Part shown: positions 7,443 to 14,598 of the stretch, one piece after another
Numbering within the stretch: the stretch's first letter is position 1
Layout of the letters: each line of letters opens with the position of its first letter
Program-made: the position numbers and the translations under genes
Source: Minisyncoccota bacterium
GTDB taxonomy: Bacteria > Patescibacteriota > Minisyncoccia > UBA6257 > 1-14-0-10-40-38
Direction of reading: 5' to 3'
DNA length: 34,055 nucleotides
Assembly: GCA_020052135.1 (NCBI GenBank)
Contig: JAGVPS010000028.1
Span: forward strand, 1 to 34,055
The notes under the pieces: model-generated
The model's input: only the letters and a program-made list of their open reading frames with translations
The model's database searches: none
What the model was told of the DNA's origin: nothing

Positions 7443-8635
7443 CAAGACGCGCGGTACAATGCTTCGGTTTTCTGTATCATCAAGGAAAGGCTAAACTCTG
7501 TTTGCAAGCGATGCCGGGCTTCTTTTCCAAAGATTTGAGCTCTATAGTGATCTCGCATGAGTTCTTGAAAAGCCCGGGAAAGGCGTTCGGGGTTTTTTTG
7601 AGGAACTACCATGCCCGTTGCGTCGTGCATGACGACTTCAGGCATTCCGCCCGCGTCAGTAACGACTGCTGGGATTCCCGCGGCACAGGATTCAAGAAGC
7701 GCATAGGGCAGGCCTTCTTTTACAGAGGTGAGCGTAAAAAGGTCGAATGCTTTCAGAAATTTTGCATCATCTCCAGTAGGAGGTATCAGAAAAAACCTAT
7801 CTTGTAATTGCCCGCCTGCCGGCGAGGCAGGGTAATTGGTAATTAGTAATTGGAGTTTTGAGTATTCCGGTCCTGCGCCAATGATAAAGAAATACGCATT
7901 TGGAACGAGCGCCGCTGCTTGAATGAGAGTGGCGTAATCTTTTTCTTTGGTTAGTCGGCCGATGGAGCCGATCCAGGGTTTAGCAACTAGTAATTGCCCG
8001 CCTGCCGGCGAGGCAGGGTAATTAGTAATTGGTAATTTTGAAATAATTGCCTTTCGCGCGGAAACCTTATCCAGGAAAGTAAGGTTTTGATAATCAATCC
8101 CATTGTGGATGGTGGTTAACTTTTTAGAAGGCGCTATGGCATAGCGGAGCGCAAGTTTGTAGTCGTATTCTGATACGCAAATAATGTAGTTCTGAAAATA
8201 CGCAGCCATACGATGAAGGCGTATATAAACAAAACGGGCAACAGGAGAAAGTGCGTTTGATGGATTAAAAACCCAGCCATGGGCGGTGAAGATTACTTTT
8301 GCAGGTAAATGGTAAATGGTAAATGGTAAATGATTGTAAAGAAATGCGGCAAACGAGCCGATTACTCCTGCCTTAGAGCTGTTCAGGTGGATAATATCCG
8401 GGTGCTCTTTTCGATATACGCTCATGAGTGAAAAAAGCGCTCTCCAGTCATTTGCGAAGAGCGCGTACCAGGCGATTTTATTTGAAAGCGAGGGAATATC
8501 AACGCCTCCCCGTATGACGCGAATGTCAAAAGAGGCGCGGTCAAGATGTGAGGCGAGATCTGCTACATACTTTTGAGCGCCTCCTACGTCATCTTTGGTG
8601 ATGACATAGAGCACCTTTTTACGTTGCTCATCCAT
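7439..8635 (-). CDS. GT4-family (GT-B fold) glycosyltransferase carrying three in-frame repeat insertions
   Basis: N-terminal VLYVITKDDVGGAQKY and C-terminal EGLPYALLESCAAGIPAVVTDAGGMPEVV (E-x7-E region) are GT4 hallmarks. The stop overlaps the convergent 5805-7442 gene by 4 nt. Confidence 0.85.
   Translation of the reverse strand: MDEQRKKVLYVITKDDVGGAQKYVADLASHLDRASFDIRVIRGGVDIPSLSNKIAWYALFANDWRALFSLMSVYRKEHPDIIHLNSSKAGVIGSFAAFLYNHLPFTIYHLPAKVIFTAHGWVFNPSNALSPVARFVYIRLHRMAAYFQNYIICVSEYDYKLALRYAIAPSKKLTTIHNGIDYQNLTFLDKVSARKAIISKLPITNYPASPAGGQLLVAKPWIGSIGRLTKEKDYATLIQAAALVPNAYFFIIGAGPEYSKLQLLITNYPASPAGGQLQDRFFLIPPTGDDAKFLKAFDLFTLTSVKEGLPYALLESCAAGIPAVVTDAGGMPEVVMHDATGMVVPQKNPERLSRAFQELMRDHYRAQIFGKEARHRLQTEFSLSLMIQKTEALYRASC
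7804..7853 (-). repeat. Hairpin-plus-heptamer cassette, copy 1 (in frame, encodes ..LLITNYPASPAGGQLQ..)
   Basis: The plus strand reads GTAATTG-CCCGCCTGCCGGCGAGGCAGG-GTAATTG-GTAATTA-GTAATTG-G. It is an imperfect GC palindrome flanked by GTAATTN heptamers. Confidence 0.9.
7990..8037 (-). repeat. Hairpin-plus-heptamer cassette, copy 2 (in frame, encodes ..LPITNYPASPAGGQLL..)
   Basis: The plus strand reads GTAATTG-CCCGCCTGCCGGCGAGGCAGG-GTAATTA-GTAATTG-GTAATTT. It is a direct repeat of copy 1, exactly 186 nt away. Confidence 0.9.
8304..8331 (-). repeat. Perfect tandem heptamer (GGTAAAT)x4 inside the GT4 coding sequence
   Basis: Four uninterrupted units at 8304-8310, 8311-8317, 8318-8324 and 8325-8331. 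They encode HLPFTIYHLP on the minus strand. Confidence 0.95.
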
Positions 8636-8672
8636 ACATTTCTAGGATACCATTACTTACATCTAACCCTCT

Positions 8673-10955
8673 ATGGAACGAGAAAGTAATCCCATTGCAG
8701 TCTTTTCATTGGCATACCAGCCATTTGTGGGTGGCGCGGAAATAGCAATCCACGAAATCATACAGCGAATGCCGAAAGAGCAGTTCGTTTGTTTTACGCG
8801 TCGATTTGATGCGTCGTGGCCGAAAAGAGAAACCGAGGGAAATGAGACGATTGTGCGCCTTGGGCGTCCCGCGAGAGAGTATTATGGCCATGCGCTCTTA
8901 AAACTTTTCTATGTATTTCTTGCCTATCGTGCGGCGACGCGGATGCATCGGGAAGAGCCTTTTAAGGCAATCTGGGCGATCATGGCTTCGTATGGCGGCA
9001 TGGCAGCGCTTCTTTTTAAACTTCGGCATCCAAAGATCCCGCTCTTGCTTACGCTCCAAGAAGGTGATTCTGAAACGCATATCTTGAAGCGCGTGGGTAT
9101 TTTCTATCCGATATGGCGACTCATTTTTTTGCGCGCAGATCGCATACAAGTCATTAGCAGCTTCCTTAAAAGTTTCGCCGAGCGACAAGGAGCAATATGC
9201 CCGATAACCGTTATTCCAAACGGCGTTGATTTAAGTAAATTCAAACCAGAAATGGCGGTTGGAAGATTGCTTCATAAAATGTTTACCATTATTACAACAT
9301 CGAGACTTGTCCGGAAAAATGGAATCGATATTCTTGTGAAAGCGATAGTAGTGCTGAAGAAAGAGGGGAAAAAAGTAAGACTTCTTATTATAGGTGGTGG
9401 ACCCGAAGAAGAAGCACTCAAGATACTTGTAAAAGAGCTCGACGTTCAAAACGAAGTAGAGTTTATCGGACAAGTTGCGTCAGATGCAATTCCAGGATAT
9501 TTAAAAAAAACAGCTGACGTTGTGTTTGTTAGACCTTCTCGATCTGAGGGGCTGGGGAGTTCTTTTCTTGAAGCTATGGCAGCAGGAATTCCTATTATTG
9601 GTACTCCTGTTGGAGGTATCTCAGATTTTCTTTTTGATCGAGAAACTGGGCTTTTTGTTCGAGAAGAAGATCCAATTGATCTAGCAAAAAAGATTAGAGA
9701 GCTCATAGATGATTCCCAACTCTGGGATCGTCTTCGAAAAAAAGGTCTCAACCTTATCCAGCGGTATTCATGGGATCAAATCGCCGAAGAGATAGAAGGG
9801 ATATTTCTAGATCTCAAAGTGATCAAGCGCGTAGTTATTGCGACCGGCATCTTCCCCCCGGATATCGGCGGTTCGGCAAGCTATGCCGCAGTGCTCACCG
9901 AGAAATTGCCTGCCTATGGTTGCGCGCCTCTTGTGGTTACCTATGGAAAAGCGCGCCCATCGAAAATCATCTCCGTATCGCGCGGGCTTCCGAAGCCACT
10001 ACGGCATGGGCTCTTTTTTCTGAAAGTGTATATGAGCGCATTGCATGCGGATGTGGTGCTTTCTGCCGATGCTTCGTTTGGCGCAGGCTTTTTTGCGATG
10101 CTCGCCGCGCGTGCGGCGGGAGTACGCGCACTTGTTCGAGTCACGGGAGACTATGCCTGGGAGCAGGGATTGCAGAGATTCAATGTGCGCGATCTCATCG
10201 ATGGATTCCAAAAAAAGCGATATGGATTTTTTGTGGAAGCGTTGCGCTTCTTTCAAAAGGCAACGCTTCGCCTTGCGGATCAGGTGATCGTGCCAAGCGC
10301 ATATCTTGGTGCGCTCGCACGCGGGTGGGGCATCAGGGAGAAAAAAATACAGATTATCTATAATGCTGTCGAGCCGCCCCCTCCGCTTTCGTATGAAAAG
10401 GCGAGACACGCGCTTGGCATAACGGGAGATGTCATTGTTTCTGCTGGAAGACTGGTTCCGTGGAAGGGATTTGAGATGCTTATTCGCTCCCTTCCGGAAA
10501 TCAAAAAAGATTTTCCCCGGCTTACTGTTTTCATCGTTGGTGACGGACCCGAGTGCGCCCATTTAGAAAAGCTGTCGAAAAGCCTCGGAGTTAGCGGCAC
10601 AGTCCGCTTTCTTGGTATCCTGTCGAAGGATATGCTACAGGTTTATCTGCAAGCGGCAGATCTTTTTGTGTTGAATACTTCGTACGAGGGATTTTCCCAT
10701 CAATTGATAGAAGCCATGCTCGTGGGTATTCCCGTCCTCTCTACGGAAGTAGGGGGCAACAGGGAACTGGCTGAACTTGGGAAAAATATCACGCTCATAC
10801 CTTATAACGACGCGGAGGCATTCCAGAAAAATATAGTAGCCCTGCTTAACAGCAAGGCGGAAAAACCTCGGCATTATATAGATAGAAGCCTTGCTGACCG
10901 GGTTTCCGTGTCGAGAATGATACAGGAGCTTGTACGCCTCATGCGTCCTTTATGA
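8673..10955 (+). CDS. Fused double GT4 glycosyltransferase (two complete GT-B modules)
   Basis: There are two E-x7-E regions: SEGLGSSFLEAMAAGIPIIGTPVGGISDF and YEGFSHQLIEAMLVGIPVLSTEVGGNREL. The second module starts at KRVVIATGIFPPDIGGSASY (about nt 9824). Confidence 0.85.
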   Translation: MERESNPIAVFSLAYQPFVGGAEIAIHEIIQRMPKEQFVCFTRRFDASWPKRETEGNETIVRLGRPAREYYGHALLKLFYVFLAYRAATRMHREEPFKAIWAIMASYGGMAALLFKLRHPKIPLLLTLQEGDSETHILKRVGIFYPIWRLIFLRADRIQVISSFLKSFAERQGAICPITVIPNGVDLSKFKPEMAVGRLLHKMFTIITTSRLVRKNGIDILVKAIVVLKKEGKKVRLLIIGGGPEEEALKILVKELDVQNEVEFIGQVASDAIPGYLKKTADVVFVRPSRSEGLGSSFLEAMAAGIPIIGTPVGGISDFLFDRETGLFVREEDPIDLAKKIRELIDDSQLWDRLRKKGLNLIQRYSWDQIAEEIEGIFLDLKVIKRVVIATGIFPPDIGGSASYAAVLTEKLPAYGCAPLVVTYGKARPSKIISVSRGLPKPLRHGLFFLKVYMSALHADVVLSADASFGAGFFAMLAARAAGVRALVRVTGDYAWEQGLQRFNVRDLIDGFQKKRYGFFVEALRFFQKATLRLADQVIVPSAYLGALARGWGIREKKIQIIYNAVEPPPPLSYEKARHALGITGDVIVSAGRLVPWKGFEMLIRSLPEIKKDFPRLTVFIVGDGPECAHLEKLSKSLGVSGTVRFLGILSKDMLQVYLQAADLFVLNTSYEGFSHQLIEAMLVGIPVLSTEVGGNRELAELGKNITLIPYNDAEAFQKNIVALLNSKAEKPRHYIDRSLADRVSVSRMIQELVRLMRPL

Positions 10956-12061
10956 AAATCCTTATGATTTCAACCGATGCGCGCATATGCGATGCAGAGT
11001 CTTCAGTCGCTCGGCGCATGCAGGAATACGGCAATCTCTGCGATGAGTTACACATTGTTGTTTTTTGTAAAAAAAATGTGATATATCCTCGACCAGAACG
11101 AATTCGTATTGAAAAACAGACGTGGGTATATCCTACGTGGTCTCGTTACAAGTGGTGTTTTATATGGGATGGGTTAAAAACCGCCAAAACTATTTTGAAT
11201 AAAGAAGAAGCATGGGTCATTACCACTCAAGATCCGTTCGAATCAGGAGTCGTGGGATTCTTGCTTGTGCGGAACTTTCCCGAGGCTCGACTTCAAGTAC
11301 AAGCACACACTGATTTTTTAAGCCCCTTCTTTCGTGCAGAGTCTCTTAAAAATAGATTTCGTGGCACACTCGCCCGTTTTTCTATACGACGTGCCGATAG
11401 TATTCGGGTAGTGAGCGAACGAATTAAACAATCAATCATAATAAAGTACGGCGTGCCAAGCTCACAGATTGTGACGTTGCCTATTTTCGTAGACGTGAAA
11501 AAAATAAGAGAAGTGCCGCCCACACTCGACCTTCGAAAAAAATATGCGGGGAAAAGCCCCATCTTTCTCATAGCGTCGCGCCTTACCAAAGAAAAGAATA
11601 TTCCGCTTGCCCTTCGGGCGTTCCGGGAGGTGTGTTTAGCGAATCCAAACGCGTTACTCGTGATTGTGGGGGAGGGACCAGAGAAGTCAAAAATCCAATT
11701 ACTGATTACCCGCTACCAATTACAGAAGAATGTAATTCTTGAGCCATGGACGGACGATCTTTCATCCCACTATAAAACAGCAGATTGTTTTTTGCTCACC
11801 TCAAACTATGAGGGGTATGGCAGAACCATCGTTGAGGCGCTTGCCGCGGGCTGTCCGGTTATATCAAGCGACGTAGGTGTCGCGCGTGAGGCCATAACTC
11901 CTGAAAGCGGAAGCATATTCACGGTGGGGAATAGCCACGCGCTTGCACTGCTCCTTAAAGAGGTTATGCAAGGAAAGAAGTTTCAGCCAACCCTCCCCAA
12001 AAAATTTGATATATCAAAAGAGGAATACCTACAGCAGTGGCAACGCATGATGAGCAAATAG
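10952..12061 (+). CDS. GT4-family glycosyltransferase
   Basis: ATGA overlap with the upstream gene. LIASRLTKEKN, VGEGPE and YEGYGRTIVEALAAGCPVISSDVGVAREAI are GT4 C-terminal domain motifs. Confidence 0.85.
   Translation: MKILMISTDARICDAESSVARRMQEYGNLCDELHIVVFCKKNVIYPRPERIRIEKQTWVYPTWSRYKWCFIWDGLKTAKTILNKEEAWVITTQDPFESGVVGFLLVRNFPEARLQVQAHTDFLSPFFRAESLKNRFRGTLARFSIRRADSIRVVSERIKQSIIIKYGVPSSQIVTLPIFVDVKKIREVPPTLDLRKKYAGKSPIFLIASRLTKEKNIPLALRAFREVCLANPNALLVIVGEGPEKSKIQLLITRYQLQKNVILEPWTDDLSSHYKTADCFLLTSNYEGYGRTIVEALAAGCPVISSDVGVAREAITPESGSIFTVGNSHALALLLKEVMQGKKFQPTLPKKFDISKEEYLQQWQRMMSK
11696..11723 (+). repeat. Four-unit heptamer tract (CAATTAC TGATTAC CCGCTAC CAATTAC) at the position homologous to the cassette, without the GC hairpin
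   Basis: Period-7 xxxTTAC/xxxCTAC units read directly from the sequence. They encode QLLITRYQLQ. Confidence 0.7.
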
Positions 12062-12112
12062 GTTGTAAAACACGGACTTGCCATGAGAGAATGAGCCGTA
12101 CCTGAAACTCTT

Positions 12113-12820
12113 ATGAAAACCTACAAGAAAATTTCGATCGTCATCCCGGCGTACAACGAAAAAAATACGATTGAGGAGATTATTCGCCGCGTAAAAGCCG
12201 CAGATGTGTTGGGTTTAGAAAAAGAGATTATCGTTGTAGACGATGGCTCAAAGGACGGCACGCGGGATATGCTAAAAGCCATTCCCGGCATCAGGTATAT
12301 TTTTCATGAAAAGAACAAGGGAAAAGGGGGGGCGGTAAAGACGGGCATTGCCTCTGCCACGGGCGACATCATCATCTTTCAAGATGCCGATCTTGAATAT
12401 GACCCAAATGATTATGCCGCGATGATTAGCCCTATTATCGAGGGTGGAACATTGGTCACAAACAGCGTGCGCATCAAGCCGGAGCGAGATGGTCGCCGTA
12501 GAAAATCCCTCTATTGGATAAGCTGGGCGGCGAACGGAGCCATCACGCTTCTCACGAACGTTTTATATTTTCATTGGAGCGGGGAATACGAGGGATGTTA
12601 TAAGGCATTTGACGCAGAAGTTTTAAAGAGTGTCGAGGTAAAAACAAACAATTTTGATTTTGATAACGAGCTCGTGTGCAAGCTCCTGAAGCGCGGTTAC
12701 AAGATCGTTGATGTTCCTATACGCTACTATCCACGGAACTATGAAGAAGGAAAGAAAATAAACTGGAAACACGGTTTTTTGATTTTGTGGACGATCGCGA
12801 AATACAGGTTTGTAAAATGA
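12113..12820 (+). CDS. GT2-family glycosyltransferase, small DPM1/Ppm1-like (polyprenyl-phosphate sugar synthase type)
   Basis: SIVIPAYNEKNTIEEII, VVDDGSKDGT and FQDADLEYDP (DxD) are present. At about 235 aa it lacks C-terminal TM helices. It is a paralog of 25783-26472. Confidence 0.85.
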   Translation: MKTYKKISIVIPAYNEKNTIEEIIRRVKAADVLGLEKEIIVVDDGSKDGTRDMLKAIPGIRYIFHEKNKGKGGAVKTGIASATGDIIIFQDADLEYDPNDYAAMISPIIEGGTLVTNSVRIKPERDGRRRKSLYWISWAANGAITLLTNVLYFHWSGEYEGCYKAFDAEVLKSVEVKTNNFDFDNELVCKLLKRGYKIVDVPIRYYPRNYEEGKKINWKHGFLILWTIAKYRFVK

Positions 12821-12880
12821 AACTCCCCGTGCTCACGCCCGTGGTATCTAAGTTTCACCCCGCCATCGGCGGGGTTTATT
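12818..12880 (+). terminator. Double-hairpin terminator module, copy L (begins with the TGA stop of the GT2 gene)
   Basis: Outer stem is TGAAACT (12818-12824) / AGTTTCA (12851-12857), enclosing an inner hairpin with a TCAC loop. Then comes CCCCGCC-ATC-GGCGGGG (12858-12874) followed by TTTATT. It matches the reverse complement of 17116-17175 at 52 of 60 positions. Confidence 0.75.
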
Positions 12881-12939
12881 AAATCCCTCACCGCTTTCAT
12901 ACCCGTGCTCACGCACAGGGTATTCAGCGGGGATTTAAT
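12878..12939. other. Long imperfect hairpin in the convergent intergenic region
   Basis: ATTAAATCCC..CCGC..ACCCGTGC-TCAC-GCACAGGGT..GCGG..GGATTTAAT. The inner stem-loop resembles the inner hairpin of the terminator module. It may terminate the minus-strand 12986-13681 gene. Confidence 0.4.
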
Positions 12940-12985
12940 AAAAAAATACCCCCAGAGCCTCGCGCGAGGTTGAAGGTGATTGCGG

Positions 12986-13681
12986 TCAGTAGTACACGAC
13001 CGCGTAAGCCGAAATCGCAGATACTCCCCACTGCCTGTGGTTGAATTCCGATTGGGGAGTTAGTACGTACTCTCCGGCATTGATGTGAAGAGGATCTCGT
13101 GACATTGAGAAAAACCTGAGAGAACCCTCAAACACCATCACGAGTTGATGTTGCCACTGGTCGAGACAGCGTGGACCGCCAAGCACAAGGCCTGGATTGG
13201 ATCCAGGAACGTGCTGAGCTGGATGGTGGGAGTGATACTCGTAACCCTCGCCCCAGCCGAAACTCCGAGGTTGTTGGGAGACGAAGCGGCAGATGGTAGT
13301 GCTCCATGCCTCCTCAGAGCTCGCTGGCAGAAACCAAGTGCGTGGTTCGTTTGCAGGAAGCTCAATCCCTGCTCCTTCCTCGAGGAGCGCGATGTCGTCA
13401 TCATGTTCGCACGCGAAAAGGCCGTGGAGCACTTGTACTGCCTCGAGTCGTCCTCCGTGGGCTGGGAGTGGCGGTTGCCATCCTGGGTAGCCATCCCGCT
13501 GTACGTACTTCTGAGAGCGCGCCTCACGACCCGCCTTCCAAAGCTTCACCATGAGACCGTGCGGATCGTCCTTTGCGACGAAGCGGGGATCATCGGGCGC
13601 AAACTGGTTGCCAATGAGCCACTCGCCGTCCGGATGTTCTACCGTGCCTTGCCAGAGGCCGGGTCCAATACTTCGGAACAA
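12986..13681 (-). CDS. Hypothetical protein, possibly bicupin-like
   Basis: TTG start 7 nt after GGAGG (13693-13689), with its own promoter. Two halves have cupin-like strand patterns (GEWLIGNQF...GLMVKLWKAG...LEAVQVLHGLF and HQLVMVFEGSLRF...INAGEYVLTP). The family assignment is weak. Confidence 0.6.
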   Translation of the reverse strand: MFRSIGPGLWQGTVEHPDGEWLIGNQFAPDDPRFVAKDDPHGLMVKLWKAGREARSQKYVQRDGYPGWQPPLPAHGGRLEAVQVLHGLFACEHDDDIALLEEGAGIELPANEPRTWFLPASSEEAWSTTICRFVSQQPRSFGWGEGYEYHSHHPAQHVPGSNPGLVLGGPRCLDQWQHQLVMVFEGSLRFFSMSRDPLHINAGEYVLTPQSEFNHRQWGVSAISAYAVVYY

Positions 13682-13721
13682 GAGTATTCCTCCGGTAAGG
13701 GGAAAGTGATCGCGAGATTAT

Positions 13722-13749
13722 ATAATATATCGTTTTGAAATCTTGTCAA
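13722..13749 (-). promoter_or_regulatory. Sigma70-type promoter for the 12986-13681 gene (TTGACA-16-TATTAT)
   Basis: The reverse complement of 13744-13749 is TTGACA. The reverse complement of 13722-13727 is TATTAT. The spacer is 16 nt. Confidence 0.6.
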
Positions 13750-13773
13750 CTAGCTAGCGGCAAATAGTTGACA
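13744..13773. promoter_or_regulatory. 9-bp inverted repeat TGTCAACTA / TAGTTGACA spanning both divergent -35 boxes (possible operator)
   Basis: The arms are 13744-13752 and 13765-13773. The 12-nt spacer contains the palindrome GCTAGC. Confidence 0.5.
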
Positions 13774-13796
13774 TATTTTTCTAGAAAATGTATTAT
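13768..13796 (+). promoter_or_regulatory. Sigma70-type promoter for the first DUF218 gene (TTGACA-17-TATTAT)
   Basis: TTGACA at 13768-13773, a 17-nt spacer, then TATTAT at 13791-13796. Confidence 0.6.
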
Positions 13797-13871
13797 AGCT
13801 TTCAGCTAGGTTACCCGAACGATCACTTTTTATAGGGAGGTAATAGCATTTCCACTGCTGAATCCGATCAA

Positions 13872-14486
13872 TTGGCCGAACTGCTCGTTCGCGTGTTGTG
13901 CGATGAACATCGGGAAGACTCGGAAGTGGTGTACGCAGTCACGGAAACGGGCGACAACGAGGACTCTATCTTTCGAACCGCTGCTCGAATCCACCGTACC
14001 CACCGTGTTCCGGTAGCCGTGAGCGATGCTACCACGGCGACGGGGTATCCGGGCTTCATCAAATGGGCCGGAAAGCTGCGCTCCCATTACCGGGTATCCG
14101 AGATCATCTGCATACGTCCGCCTGCCGGAGGAGCTCTGAACACCAACACGGAATTTCTGGAGTTCGTGTTGGTTGCGCGGGAAGAGGGGTGGCGCGCGGT
14201 GACAATTGTGGCTTCGCCGTTTCATCAACCCCGCTCATTCATCAATGCTGTAACAGCCGCAATCCGTATCTACCCCGATCTTTGCATCTACGGAGCTGTT
14301 GGGGTGGCACAGAACTGGCTCGAAGACGTGCGTTACTCTCAAGGCATTCACATGGGAGCACGCGCACGGCTTGTGCATGCGGAGATGGATCGCATCCGGA
14401 GATACACGACCCAGGGAGACCTTCTTCCCGCCTCTGAGATTCTCGACTACCTGAACGCCCGGGACGCACGCGTCCATTCATCATGA
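13872..14486 (+). CDS. DUF218/YdcF-like (SanA/ElyC family) protein, paralog 1
   Basis: ALNTNTEFLEF....AVTIVASPFHQPRSF matches the DUF218 pattern (NT.eN ... lVTs.fHm.RA). It is clearly paralogous to 16332-17012. The TTG at 13872 comes from the ORF track, but an ATT at 13848 sits 7 nt after GGGAGG and may be the real start. Confidence 0.75.
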   Translation: MAELLVRVLCDEHREDSEVVYAVTETGDNEDSIFRTAARIHRTHRVPVAVSDATTATGYPGFIKWAGKLRSHYRVSEIICIRPPAGGALNTNTEFLEFVLVAREEGWRAVTIVASPFHQPRSFINAVTAAIRIYPDLCIYGAVGVAQNWLEDVRYSQGIHMGARARLVHAEMDRIRRYTTQGDLLPASEILDYLNARDARVHSS

Positions 14487-14487
14487 C

Positions 14488-14527
14488 CCGCAGATAAGCA
14501 ATCGGTTTGCTGTCTGCGGTTTTTTTT
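14488..14527 (+). terminator. Rho-independent terminator
   Basis: CCGCAGA-ta-AGCAA-tcggt-TTGCT-g-TCTGCGG followed by T8 (14520-14527). Confidence 0.85.
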
Positions 14528-14545
14528 GCTAAAAATATAAAAAAA

Positions 14546-14580
14546 GAACCCTTGACGATATCGCCGTAGCGATTGGGTTC
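14546..14580 (-). terminator. Rho-independent terminator of the ClpP-like gene
   Basis: GAACCC (14546-14551) pairs with GGGTTC (14575-14580), with an inner ATCGC/GCGAT pairing. On the minus strand the hairpin is followed by TTTTTTTATATTTTT. Confidence 0.6.
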
Positions 14581-14598
14581 TAACGGGTAGAGTTATAC

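Noticed and set aside
9770-10600. ORFs 9770-10363(+), 9999-10562(-), 10045-10287(+) and others overlapping the double GT4 gene
   Set aside because: These are off-frame and antisense ORFs created by the locally high G+C. The GT4 frame has clear family motifs throughout.
13138-13738. Plus-strand ORF 13145-13738 (197 aa) and other frames antisense to 12986-13681
   Set aside because: The minus-strand frame has the promoter, GGAGG and TTG context plus a globular, cupin-like composition. The plus-strand translation is Arg/Leu/Ala-rich shadow sequence with no SD.
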